Of a stretch of 58,219 bases of DNA, positions 26,673 to 39,544 are shown piece after piece. The stretch is from Paraglomus brasilianum (Eukaryota): contig CAJVPI010000086.1 of NCBI GenBank assembly GCA_910592345.1, positions 1 through 58,219 on the forward strand. Reading direction: 5' to 3'. Position numbers and translations under genes: made by a program. Positions within the stretch are counted from its first letter, which is position 1; each line of letters begins with the position of its first letter. The notes under the pieces are model-generated. The model did not search any database. It was not told the DNA's origin and was given only the letters and a program-made list of their open reading frames with translations.

Positions 26673-27670
26673 CTAATCCTTAAGTACTGCTTGTCACTAT
26701 ACGATTGATTAAATTACTCGATTAGCCGCCTTATGACTTGTAGACTAATCACACGAATATGGCCTACCTTATCGTCATCGTCGTTTCCGTAAAAACACGT
26801 CACTTCTTACCTACCATCATTCATGTAACGTTCATGACTGTGAAGCATGCCTTGTTTTATACTTGCTAAATCATCAAGTTTCCAAAGCCGTTGCTTGCTA
26901 AATTAATAATGGTGCAGTAATCGTTCGAATCATACTCGGCGCAGCAGACTATAGAAATGGAATATTTGAACTAATCGCGCGCCGTCAGTCACAAATAACA
27001 GCAGCTGATGTACCTTCTTGCTGTCCAGTTACTGGGGAAGTTATTCGATGTGAATGTAGCATCTCCCTAGTTACCACGTGCCGTAACCTTATTACTTCTT
27101 TGTATCTCACGTAATTGTCTCGTGACTGTCTTATCTTTTCTACAGTCCAATAATTGTCTTTATCGTTTACCCATATACCTAGAAAGAATTCAACTTTTAC
27201 GTTAAATCTGTTAGCTAATAGCATCAAACATTGTTAAAAATATATCCAACACTAACAATTTGGAATTCTACTGCCGGAGCGGCAAAGATCATGATTACTC
27301 GAAAGATAGAACATGGTTTAACATAATGGTGTCACCATATTTTATACATTGATTTAAAATCATGGAATGTTTCCAATAAGGTTTCCACATCAGTTATATT
27401 GCCCGACTTTTTCTTCAAACTTCTTTTTGATTGTTTTGTTCGCGGATACATTGATAAGACAATTTCGTACAAAGTCTACAACGTTTTCCAAGCCGAGCTC
27501 AAAGATCAGTTTCGTACCAGATTAACAAAATCAAGCAAATCGTCTCTGCCATTGTACTTGACTACCGACAATTTATCTCTAATACGAAGTGCAGAGACAA
27601 GATCCTCTAGTACTAGAGTAGATACACTCTAATTTTATGGTCCTGTTGATCAGAAAGCAAGCAATTTTAC
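26673..27670 (-). pseudogene. Gag-capsid-like + MIR paralog C, pseudogene
   Basis: Same exon layout, but the start region is missing, exon 1 has deletions and frameshifts, and the last-exon TGG has become TGA (26696-26694). Confidence 0.85.
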
Positions 27671-28104
27671 AGCTTTGTAAGCTATTAAGAATTTGATAAC
27701 AGTGTTGGGATTTTCTCACGCAACTCTATATATTGTACTATAAATAGATGATTAGATAATATGCAACAAAACCAGACAAAGTGAACATCCTATTATGCCT
27801 CGTTTTGTTGTTCTAATCTACCCATATAACTCTGAGCCATTATTTCTGTTATGGTTGGAGTTTTAACTGGTGGCTCATCTTTCCTTAAATCACAGAAGCA
27901 ATCTATTCTATTTCTCATAGCTATTGACCACAATCATTACAATGTGTGTTGCTTTCGCGTATGGCTTCCAAACGATGGTCGTCCACGACAGTGAGAGACT
28001 TGATCTTCAAAATTTGAAAATATAGATCTATGTCGGAATAACGATTAACTTCTCATTTTTCTATAATTATAATTCAAAGATGCGTCTCTCTTAACTCAAA
28101 CTTA

Positions 28105-29133
28105 CTCTATATCATATTGAATCGATGCCTCTTGTTCGGCATGCTCTATGTCCATATCGTCGTCATTGATTTGTTCTAACTTGTAGAGCATCATTGTCAA
28201 GATCCTTTTTGCATTCAACACAAATATAAGCAATATCACTGTAATCACTATTGCTGGTATTGTAAGATAATATTTTGTAAGTAGCAGTTAAACTTCTTTC
28301 TTTTTCAAAAGAGCAAAAATTGCAATGCCATTTATCTCAATAGCTTGATATTCTAACTTCATTATTTATCTTTTGTAAAATGTAAGTGTCAAACTCTTTT
28401 GAGTTATTGCTTTTGCTTGCTTAATTCTGCTTTTTACTTTGCTAGTTAGGAGTTTAAATTTGTTTTGTTTCTTTGGTAAAGATGGTAGTTCTTGAAGTTG
28501 CTTGTTTGTCAAATAATTCTGCCATGCCACAACATTTTCTAGCATCTCTATTTTTCTTGAAGCTTTTTCTAAGTTTTTATCTTTTTCTTTGCTTTGCCTT
28601 ACTCTCCATTTTCTAGCTACTTCAAGAGCATCTAAATGGCATTTAGAAATGTTTTCCTCTAATTCTAATGCCTCTTCCAATTCTCTTATTTCTTCTTCTA
28701 GTTCTTTAGTTTGTTGATCTTTATTGAAAACTCGACACTTACCTTTTTTTAGTTCAAACGCTAATTTTACAGCATTTTGCTCAACACCAGCTATTTGGGG
28801 GCGGAACACAACAACATAGGTTGTGCCACGGGCTGGACCACTGTTCCAGTATTTCTTGTTCGAATGAACATCTTTCACTTTATGTCCAGTGAGATGGACA
28901 GATCCAATGAGGACGTTCTCGATATAATCAGTGTAATCTTCAGAGTGTGCGTCTTCTTCTTCTTCCTCACGCCATTTAAACAGTGAAGGTTTCTTGCCAA
29001 ATCTTGGGAAGTCTATCCACGATATTATTGAACGTATGCCATAATGCCTCTGTAGCTTCTGTCTTTTCGCCGCGTTCACAGAAGATATTGACATCGTCTC
29101 GGCTTCGTCAAACCGGCGTCTAAGATCATCGAT
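28105..29133 (-). pseudogene. Disrupted Crinkler-like / PD-(D/E)xK-type gene relic interrupted by a foreign-looking segment
   Basis: FKW..E..Y..YI..GTTYVVV..FELKK resembles the CRN C-terminal G.TD..ELKK motif (D replaced by Y). A GTAAGT donor follows ELKK at 28742; a possible acidic C-terminal remnant lies at about 28105-28205. Confidence 0.45.
28205..28730 (-). other. AT-rich segment with two tightly spaced bacterial-like reading frames (candidate endobacterial DNA)
   Basis: Coiled-coil, Lys-rich frame ending TAA at 28366. Next ATG at 28362 starts a frameshifted MKLEYQAIE/DKWHCNFC..YICVECKK Zn-ribbon ORF. No introns. Confidence 0.45.
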
Positions 29134-29450
29134 CTTAAGCGAAAACGTGGGTGAAATGATGCTGGTTTTATACCAATTTCAAAATTATAAGCGTTCATTA
29201 AACATACATGGACTTGAAACCAAACGACTGCTCTCCTAATGATTTATTCTAGTGTTTACCTTTTTATTACCCTTAATACTTCCCCATTGTTTCTAAAACG
29301 ATACAGGTTTTTCTGGTCATGAATTGTGTCGGATTTGTAGTACTTGGGCACAGCGAACCAAAATTATCGTATTTATTGCTATTCTTACTCGAACAGAATC
29401 ATGGAAATGTGTCCCGATTATCGATAATAATAAAGAAAGATATATTTGCT

Positions 29451-29708
29451 TTATGTTTCTAGCTTTCGTTTCTTTCTTGGTTCATCATAAGTTCGGGTTA
29501 ATGCTCGTTTAATGGCTTTTATTTTTCGTTCTTCTTGATAAATTTCATAAGTGATTTTTTCTGTATCTAGATATTCCTGGAGAGTTTGGGTATTATTGAT
29601 TTTAAAAACATATGGAGCAATTTTCTCTCCTTGCTCTTTCTTTAGAATACTTCGAATAGTGCTGTAATTCTTGGGTTCCATAGTGGATTTAATGTAAATT
29701 AGTTTCAT
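29451..29708 (-). CDS. Small Lys-rich intronless ORF carried by a dispersed repeat (function unknown, possibly bacterial origin)
   Basis: 85-aa ORF MKLIYIKSTMEPKNYSTIRSILKKEQGEKIAPYVFKIN...; a degenerate second copy lies at about 39545-39760. Confidence 0.4.
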   Translation of the reverse strand: MKLIYIKSTMEPKNYSTIRSILKKEQGEKIAPYVFKINNTQTLQEYLDTEKITYEIYQEERKIKAIKRALTRTYDEPRKKRKLET

Positions 29709-29945
29709 ATTTATATTTTTTATATAGAGATAATCCTATATTAAGCATATTGTAATTTGGGGTAAAAGTTTATCTCAATATGTTGAATGTGTTAGTCACA
29801 ATATCCTGCCTGCAATTTAATAAATTTCTGTATGAGATAATAAAAACGTGTGGTTAAAAGTTAACTAATTTGACTAATAACCAGCTTCTCATTTATGTCA
29901 CATAACAGAATGTTCACTTTGTTGCAGCTGCCCCATTTATTGCAA
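29470..29945. repeat. Dispersed repeat, copy 1 (homologous to 39545-39960)
   Basis: Shared blocks such as GATAAATTTCATAAGTGATTTTTT, TATGGAGCAATTTT, TTTTTATATAGAGATAATCCTATATTAA and ATGTTCACTTTGT. Confidence 0.85.
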
Positions 29946-30258
29946 GCACATAAAGAGTGATTTTTTACCTGCTCTCTATGTAATTTAGATTTTATTGTCC
30001 TTTATATAGCCTTTGAAATGTTAGATATCAAGATGAAAACTCCATTATTTATACAGCAAAGCCGAAACCTCAACCAACGCGAACCTAATTTGTTAGCATG
30101 TAAAATTATACCATGTATACTTCATACAAGACGTTCAAATCTACACGTGATGCAAGTCTCACCATTGTTAATATATCCAAGGAAGTTCACGACAATAATA
30201 ATAGTGTATAGCAATGCTTTTTATCACAAAAGTTCCGCATACGCTGTCTATTGTTTAC

Positions 30259-32989
30259 TTAACAATGCCACAACTCCCACTTCTTCCGTTCTTCATCAGT
30301 ACCCTCGAATTTAAAGTTGATTTGTTTGATCTGCAACGAGAATGATAAGTACGAGATATAAAATGTGACAAGTTTATGCAGACAGGTCTTATCGCGAAAC
30401 TTTTTGATTTATTCCCATACCTCTTCAAATCCTTCAGATAGTGTGGGCTCTTCGAATTTGGCCTTGAATGTTCTATATGCAATATCAGGTATAAGCTTTG
30501 CCTACATCATCCAATTAAAAATATAACATTAGTCAACAATGTCCAAACTGCATCATAAATCCTGTGCTCATATATTATTACACAATCACAATCATATTCT
30601 CGTCCCCGTCCCCTCATTTAGTTTGCATACCTTATTACTTGCCTGAGATCTATAACAATTGTTATGCTTGGCCAGCCTCTCTCCACCAACAAACCAGAAA
30701 CATCTAGTTGGAACACCGTAGAGTTTGGCTATCTCAATAAACTCTTTTCTGCCTGTCACATCAGGGCTGGTGTTATCCACAACAATGCTTTTATCAGCGG
30801 CCAATGCTTGATGGCTACTTTGGAGACACTTTGCACGAGATTTGAGAGTATCTTGGTTGATATGAACGTATCCCATTGGAACAAGATGTTTTTGGACAAA
30901 TGTAGACTTGCCTATAGCGGGCGGGCCAACGCATATAATTAGTTCTGGATGAGGTGATTCTGGAACAAGGGGCGTATCGCTTGGTGTGAAAAGGGGAACT
31001 GAATATTAAGAGCGGTGTTGATAGTAAAAGATTTTTGTTTAAAATTGAAACAGGTGTTAATCAACCACAGAGCGATTTGGAATATATTACACAATGGACT
31101 CTACCTAAGTGCAGCACTGACGGGACCATATGGCCAAATCAGACACGACCTGCATTTATAGAGAATCTGCATTTATAAAGAGTGAAATACTTAATGGTCT
31201 TATAATCTCGGGACCAAACCAGAGCCTGCATTTAGGACAGTGCCTGCACTTAGAGAGCTGCACTTAGAGAGCTGCACTTAGAGAGCTGCACTTAGGGAGC
31301 TGCACTTAGAGAGCTGCACTTAGAGAGCTGCACTTAGAGAGCTGCACTTAGGGAGAGTCCACTGTACTTAAACTAGACACGTCGCCATACCATTTTTCAT
31401 GTCTTTTGGATCAAAGTCACCATAAAAATATGGCATGGTTTCTTCTCCCTGAAAATATTCTTCCGGTGTATAAAACTTCAAGCCAATATTTTCTGCAAAT
31501 TTACTAAAATGCCCCATGTAATATATAATTCCAATACTAGTTAATATTCAAACAATCACCACCTCTTAAAAGAATGAATCTATCGTCCGAGATTCAATTA
31601 CAAATTATTTACCGATCAGTATCAGCCCAATCAGCCGCCTTTCCAGGTTTCCAATCTGCTAGACGTCCTGCAGCATCACCAACATAAAAGCTCTCGCTTA
31701 TGTCTGTAGTGTCTCAAACAAACTCAATTATCGGTAAGCGTTCTTACGATAATTCTTCCTGTAACTTTGTAATACCAACATACCAATATACACATCCGCG
31801 TTACATTTTTCGGTCAGATACCACCAGGTTCCAGTCATTGGTTTACGATATTTATCTTTGGAAGTAGCGATCAATATCTGAAATGGAACTTCAAGCTATT
31901 GCGGGCAGGTAAAAAATACATATCAGGGGCATTAATAAACATGCCAGCCAATGCATATAATGGCTTTCTGAAGCATTCGGTGATACCTGAGCCGATATGT
32001 GACGTATTTTGTTGAGAAAATCCCTTCGCATTTTTTCGTTCTTTTTCTTTATATCCAGTCCAGCTTGATTTGTTATGATGACAACTTTATATCTATTGTA
32101 AAAACCACATCCGGTATTAAACAATAACACTGCTAATGGTCAATGTCAACAAGTCTCATCACATAATGAATGCCCGCGCACTTCATAGCTCACCCCTTCT
32201 CATATACTTGTTTCAATTGCCTGGGTATGGTTTTATACAGCCACAACCAATCATGCTCGTTCCGAGGATGGTTCGATTTCCCTTTAGTTTTGATCAATGT
32301 AGAATCCTGAAGAACGAAAGGGAGAGAGCGCATCAATACTATTGACGGGATTAGATTATATAATATCTCTCTCTGAAACCCGCATAACAATCTCACACAA
32401 ACTTCTATCATAAGATTTGCAGATTCTTAATCTAAATTTACCAAATATTTTTTCATCCATTCTTTATTGCCTCAAATGCTCAGTTCTCCAATCTCTCATT
32501 TTGTATCTACTTCACCTACCAAATCAAATGCAGCAATCTTTGTTCTTGCTTCGATTCTTTCCTTGCCAATCCGATGCTCTCCAATTATCAATGATCCATG
32601 ATATGAATATGTTACCTCCGTCTTACGTCTCGGGGAGAAGAACGGATGTGACGCTGCAGGACGACGAGTAAATAGGAATTAGTTTAAGAGAATTATATAA
32701 ACTGTGCGGTGATGTCATGAATTCAAGGGAGAGGGAGGTTAGGTTTAAAGGTATAATTATTTGAATGTGTAGGTGAAAGCGGACTATACTTATATAACAT
32801 AGTTTAGTGGGGGGGTCTATCCCTAATTCATCAATTTCAATGACTCTTGAACGTACTCGTAGTAGTCTTGGCAGGAGACGATCCGTCGTCCTCTCCATTG
32901 GATAGACGTCGTTTTACATGAATATTGTAAGATTTTCTTGTCCCGGAGACGGTGGTACTGCTTGATTCAACTGTTGTGAATACGGACAT
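30259..32989 (-). CDS. PNKP: Bifunctional polynucleotide kinase 3'-phosphatase
   Basis: Multi-exon: KIAAFDL|DSTLIKT (HAD DxD), VIITNQAG, YRKPMTG, SFYVGDAAGR, DTDR|KFAENIGLKFYTPEEYF, P-loop GPPAIGKST, VHINQDTL, VVDNTSPD, FEEPTLSEGFEE|IKQINF. Stop at 30259-30261. Confidence 0.93.
31092..31364. mobile_element. Tc1/pogo-type MITE in a PNKP intron, with an internal 14-bp tandem array
   Basis: 24-bp TIRs at 31092-31115 and 31341-31364 (2 mismatches), TA after the right end; 8 x CTGCACTTAG(A/G)GAG at 31244-31355. Confidence 0.85.
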
Positions 32990-34639
32990 TGTAGGGATGT
33001 AAAGTAGTATGAAAAAAGCGCGTCGAGTGGGACTGGATCGGCATTTATATAAATACGTTGCCGCAGATGCATACATACCACTAGTTATGTACTGGTCCAT
33101 CGTTTGGTGACTTTATTATAATATTACAAAGTGAACATTGTTCATAGTCAGTACTGCGCGTATTCTTTTTGTACATTTGCCTGTCGTACCAATCATTGTT
33201 AATTTACACGTGTCTCATAGATCTAATGAATTTCAAATAGACTTTCAAAGCTGATAGTTTTTTTTTATGTAAATGGGCACAGAGATTATTTAGTAATACT
33301 AAGTATAATAATAAGATTATTATCCTAACCCCAAATTTCTATCACGTGTTAATTTGTAAATTCTATTGGTCGTACCAAGTCGTATGATTATGATGGCGAG
33401 AATGCACGCCCTATCACGAAAACAAAGATCGTTATTCGGCTGTGCGGGAAATAATTTGCCGGCATTCTCCTGCTACTAACGACTACTACGACTACTTTCC
33501 GCTTTTTTGCTGAGACTGTGAATCAACTTCTAGCTTTTCTTTGTTGTAAAAATTATTTGAACATTGTATTGGGCACTTTTTGACGAGTTAATGCATAATA
33601 TGGGGAATGCATCTATCAGTATCAATATGATATTTTCCCTCTAAACTAACATCCTAATCTGTAGAAAGCACATAATATTTTAACTTTTCCGGTCGGAGAA
33701 TTCATCCTAGTTTTTTTTGGTTAGGATCTGTATATAAGTCATTAGAATTGTATTATGGTTGTACTTGAGAACATGCTAATATGTTTTCCAACATAGGAGT
33801 TCTCGCTAACTGCAATGGCATTTGAATAGAGGTGCCTGATTAGAATAGTTCGAACAATTCTTCTTGTATTAATTGACCTAGAATTTCCTCTACAATAATG
33901 CCCAGTAAGAGAATGCGATAATACATGCTTTTTAAATTCCCTTCGGGGACTCTTTTGTCCATCAAGGATGCTAATTGTCATCCACTATGATTCGTTATAT
34001 ATAGTCACTGCTCAAGATCAAGCGTTCTCTACAGTCACTTGTTTTGCCAGAATATCTATCCAGAAGATCGAAATTAGGTAGAATCGGCATATTTTTAACT
34101 TGCGTGTGTTAATAATATTAATTAGATTTGCAGGCTTTCTAACGAGGATACCGAAGTGTAGTATAAGTGTGAGCGAGAAACTTGCATGAGTGGATACGTT
34201 TTACTTGCATCACCTATGCAAATAAGAAAAGTCTTTTTGAATAGAAAAAAGCCTATAATTGATTGCTAGTTCATCTTGTAGTTGCGAGCTTGAGGAACAG
34301 AAATTTATTTCAAAGTTAACTTTGGTTTTATGTTTATTGTAATCGCACTATTCTTGATGTTATAGTTATTTGATTGATAGTAAGCAAGTTTGGCGCGAGT
34401 TGGAGTAACTCCATTATAGTCCCTTATAGATATATATACTGACCCATAATTGTCAATTGTTATAGGGTAAACAAATTTCCCATCAGAGTAACTAACTTAA
34501 ACTGTCTTACACACAATCATAATATTCACATTATAGTCCGATTTACATCGTCAGGCACGGGACCGAGTTTGTCGCACCACGTACTGGGTAACGTAAATAC
34601 CGGGCACGCTGAGCCGAAGGGTCTGAAAAACACTTTGCC

Positions 34640-36663
34640 ATGAAAGCAATTAGGAACCTGAATTTAGACAATGTCAGAAGCGACTTGCGTCGTAACTTGA
34701 CTCAAGTGAATCCACTAGGTTGTGAGAGCTTTTTCTGAGCATACAATTGTTTGGCACTCACGCGTACTAACTAGTTCTTTGGGGTTTCGTAATGTAGTCA
34801 GCGCTGATATGAAACACTTGAGTCACAGCATTGCAATAGGTAATGATAATACACGAAAGTAACTTTTCCATAGAAAAGTGTCCCCGTCATTGATTAATAT
34901 CCTTACTAACCTACTTTGCTATAGAAAGAAATGTATGGAACAATCTGAACAATTTGGCATTCGAGCAGAACGAAGCAGCAAAAAGCCTAGCTGTCTGGGG
35001 CAAGAGTGAAGGCGAGGATTTAAAGGATATCACTGAAAAACTCTCAGAGTTAATAACCAAATTGTCTGAAGCAGAGGGTAATTTAGGTAATTAAATGCTG
35101 TCAAATTTATATCATTCTCTCTTTGTTGCCAATCAACTACAGTTGTCTCGCGTTTCGTTTTACTTGACACTTTTTCTCTCTTTAGCTGAGAAGTACTCGG
35201 ATTATCGTAATATTCTCAAGGTAATAAAAACCCGTGAAGCGACACTTCGCGAACAACGATCCAAGAAAGAGTCTCTTTGGAATAAAATAGAAAAAGAAGA
35301 ACGTAAAGCCAGTCATTCAAAACGTCCTGAGACTTTTGAGCCAAAGATTACTGAGTACAAGGAAGAACTTGAAAGAATAGAGAATGAGACTATGGCTGGT
35401 ACGAAGATTTTTTTTGGTAATATAGTCGAATCTGTTTGGCGAGAATGTAACAATATTTCCCCCCTTCTATTTCGATTCGTTAGCCGAAGCCGCGCTAGCC
35501 GATTTCAAGCGCGAGAAATTTAAAGAGGCAATGATGATTCAGATAAATGCTTTCCGTCTGTTTGCAGAGAAGTTAAACATTATCACTACTTCTGCAAAAG
35601 ATGTGGTTGATCAACTTCCGCTCACGCCAATCAAGCCTGGGGAGCCTAGGCCTCCTTATTCAGGTTTGTGGAATAGAAGTTTGTGAATAGAATACAGTGC
35701 ATCAGTATATTCGTGTTCATATAGCTCGTTTTCTTTCGTTTTCCTTGCTTGTATTCAGGAAAAGAAAAAACTGCTCAATTGGTGTCAAACGCAATGGCTG
35801 CTCTTGCACCTTACACTATCCCCGCTTCAACTTCTCATCTCTCAACTTCCCATCCTTCCGCGTCTCATGCATCTCCTCATACATCCGCCTCCAATCGTAG
35901 ACTTTCACATCCTCCTCAATCTGAAACCATAGCAAGCTTCCCACCTTCATCTACTGCTGACATTGCCGCATCAGCTCCACCTTTAAACGCCATTCTTCCC
36001 AGCGCTACTCATGGAATGTCAAGGAGTGAAGCAAATCTTTCATCACCGTATGCACAAAGTGAAGATTCTAGTGGAGTAGATATAGTAAAGAAGAGTGATC
36101 CGATAAGAAGAGGGGTGTATGAAGAGGATCCCAATGAGGCAGATCATAGTGACTTGGAGCAAACTGATGTTGAGGTTGAGAAAAGAAGGATGAGTGCTGC
36201 AAATAGTGACGGGAACGTTGAGTCTAAATTTAAGGAAGTCCTTAACACGCCTACGAGTCCGCTTGAACAAATGAAGGATAGCTTGGGTTCTCCTGTAAAT
36301 GAATCTACCGCAAAATCTGTATCACCCAAACTTCCACCCCGTCCACCCACCCCTGGTCCTCTGCATACTCCTCCAATGTCTCCTGGCGATGAAAATTTCC
36401 GTCCCGCGGAAGCTTCGTCTATATCACCGGCTACTACCAACGAGGCAGAAAATGTCATCCCTACTTTGAACGAGCCAGTAAATCCAGGAGAGGACGTTGG
36501 AGGAATAAAAACAGAGATTACTGGAGAGAAGAATGACCAGAAGAGTGCGGACGTGAAGACAACGGAAATGCAGAAAGAAAACTCGCGAGATAGGAATAGG
36601 TTATCTGTTGATCATCACGAGAAACATGTCTCGTTTAGTGATGTCGAAGATGAGATACCGTAG
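34640..36663 (+). CDS. Pil1/Lsp1-family eisosome BAR protein with a long disordered tail
   Basis: Spliced reading: SLAVWGKSEGEDLKDITEKL..AEKYSDYRNILKVIKTRE..AEAALADFKREKFKEA..EKL..LTPIKPGEPRPPYSG, followed by a Ser/Pro/Glu-rich tail. Confidence 0.85.
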
Positions 36664-37034
36664 TCTGCAGAGGATTAGAGTGGAAGATTCAGGGGACATT
36701 TTAGGCTTGGCTTTTCAATATCAAAATTTTTTTGCAATCTTATTTTTGGGTCAATACGAAAATGTCAGACAATCAATCAAGTTTAAAATTGCTAATGCTT
36801 ATATCAATGTAAATGATGCATTAAATTTCTCGAGTACTTTATTGCACCGTCTCTTGTTTCATACTTCCTTTATTATTAATAATAAATAAATGATATATTA
36901 TCTTTTCAGTCGATATTATTAATAAATATAATAAGAATTAAATTAATCTTGCGAATAACCATGTTATCCTGAACGTTCAATTATCAGCTCATTTCAAACG
37001 ATACTACCGTAGCTTGCATATTAAATAGATACTA

Positions 37035-37760
37035 GAACGATTCAAAAGGAAACAAGATGAAGGACTTGAAATGAATGAGTTGCTGGCTAAAGCGGAGTAG
37101 TTTGAACACCAAGAAATTGTAAATTTGGGTGCTCTCATAAGCTACTCGCCTGAAATTGCTAAAATTAGCAATCACTGTAGGAGAGGTAATTTACTTCCCC
37201 CCGAAATAGAGGAGATACCATAAACAGTAAAAACTGGGTATTTGTATTACCTTTAAAAGGTACCAGACTACACTGTAAGCATACAATACCCTGCCTCCAC
37301 TTCATACATTTGCGACTCAAAGAACTTGTCAAGTAATCAAGAGGCCCAAGTACTTGAGCGAATTTCCGTTGCCATGCTTCATTGTTCATTGTGGCCATCG
37401 TCTTAATCTCAATGGATGCTCTTTTGATCTTACTATCGATTTCTATAATAGATAAATCATTTATGTAATTGAAAACTTGAACTAAATTCCAACTTCCTAT
37501 CTCGAAGGAGGACATTAAGGTGGGGCAAACGTCAGCTGTCACTAAGATCTCGTTCTGATCTTCTCTTCCTGTACCATTGAACATAATTCGTCCTTTAATC
37601 TCATTTGTAAGCCCTAATTTCGTTCTATCACAATATCCCACTTGATAACCGACTCAACAATAGACTTGGATAGTCTGTTTTTGTTGTTGATGCACGCAGA
37701 CTTTCTACTATCTTCCCAGGTAGGTTATCAAGCTGATCGGAGAGCTTTTTGATCAATGAA
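37035..37760 (-). pseudogene. Frameshifted PD-(D/E)xK / Crinkler-like gene relic
   Basis: Two overlapping ORFs in different frames; DLSII..SIEIK..KFAQV pattern; in-frame stop in the putative last exon. Confidence 0.35.
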
Positions 37761-39544
37761 GAATTTGACAAGAATGATAATGTAGACAATATAAGAAATA
37801 GATGGACGAAATAAATATACAACTAGAAAAGTAACTCCAGTTAGTGATAAATCCACAGTATAGAAAACCACATTATTATGTCTACTCTACCCTATGTACA
37901 CATGCTCATATCAGCGAGCACACGTAGAGGCAGCGAGTCGTTTCCATCATTCTCCAATACGAACGGCAGGATGTGGCCGTTGTATTTGAGGCGGGTCGCA
38001 CCAGGGAAAACGCGGTCACATCACGCATTCTTAAACATTCTCTCCCTTTGATTCGTATCAGTTCGCTCGTATTGTTGTATTTATTGTACGGCTTGGAAAG
38101 GAGGCCAATATGACAATGTGATCGAGACCTTAATCAATGACGTATTATTAGACTTTTCACAATGTAATGCGCAGAAATCGCGTTATAAAACAAAGAGTCG
38201 AACCAATTCACTCACATTTAGTGATCGCGCCACACGTAATAACAATTGTATGTAAAAAGTAAAACCTCTTTGTCTAAACGGAGCAATTTTCTTGTGATTT
38301 GTAGTCTATATGACAGCACAATGATATGAATGGAGACCTTGTTTTCATTAAGTTGGGACAATTTGCGAGTTTTGTTTTTTGTTTAAAGAGTTCGAATATG
38401 TAAAATCAAGTAATATAAAGCAGACACATTACGATAATTGATACATGTATTTTTGTCATTATCTTTATTATTCTTTAAAAAACAAAGTATGTACAGTACA
38501 ATACATTTGCATTTTCACTAGAGCGATTGCATGGGAGGAAAACTCGAACCCAAAGCCATTGCTATACTTTGGTCGCGCTAGTGAAATCTATGCTACACAT
38601 TGTTATTAATGCTATTAATGCCTACTTCTCCTCCCTCCTTTTCTTTTTTGACCCATTCTTGAACTGCTTCGACAGTTGTTTTTCGAGGGTTCGTTTTTCG
38701 CAGATAGAAGTTTTTTAAAGTTGAGGCAACGCCTTTTCCCGTGGATTTGAGTGGCCACTTCGGTAAATGAAAAGTCTGAATCCAGCTCAGATTTCGTATC
38801 AATGTTTAACAGGTAGCGTCGCTCACTGAGCGGCTTACGAGATTTGGATTATACAAACAGAAAGCCATTGCTGCAGCTGTAATAAGAAATTTCTACCTTC
38901 GAAGAACAAACCTGCGGGAAAAGACCAGAGAGACAATTCAACGTTGGGATTGACGAAGAGAAATATAAACCATAAAGATGACAAAAATGAAAATAAAATA
39001 ATAGATGGTAGTGATAATGTTCTGACCCATTCTGAGAACGGGTTAACCTGTTTCAAGCTTGTCACATATTTTTTCGATGCTATCACGTAGACTATGTAGT
39101 TTGTTGGTGCAAGAGATTATCTAATGTGACAATCCCGAAACAGGTCAAATCCCAGAATGGTCAGAGCAATAATATTATTAATAAAGAAGATAATGAAATC
39201 TAAATTTGCACTGGAGTGACCAAAGAATAGGTTATACTCATCAATGGCTTTGGGTCCAAGTATCTTCCTCCCATGCAATCATTCTGGTGCTTTTATATTT
39301 TCAAGAGAGATCGCATTCTATAATTGAGATAATAAAATTATGTCTACAAAAATCAAATTATTGTTACGTTAATTCGACTCTTTGGTTACGATTGAAACGC
39401 GAATCAAGACTCAACGAATGCGCTCAAGCAGTTCTTTATCAACAAGTTGAAAACTATAAGAAACAATCTTTCGTTGATAGGTCGCTCGGTCAGTGAAGGA
39501 CTTTGTGGGAAGCGTTTACGTTAAAATTAGTTTCCTTAAGTCTC

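Noticed and set aside
22974..27670. Active Ty3/gypsy retrotransposons
   Set aside because: No LTRs, PBS, nucleocapsid or pol; conserved spliceosomal introns are present.
28366..29094. Single 242-aa protein
   Set aside because: A GTAAGT donor and an abrupt compositional change near 28740 indicate fortuitous read-through between two unrelated sequences.
31244..31355. CRISPR-like array
   Set aside because: The units are contiguous with no unique spacers, lie within MITE TIRs in a spliceosomal intron, and no cas genes are present.
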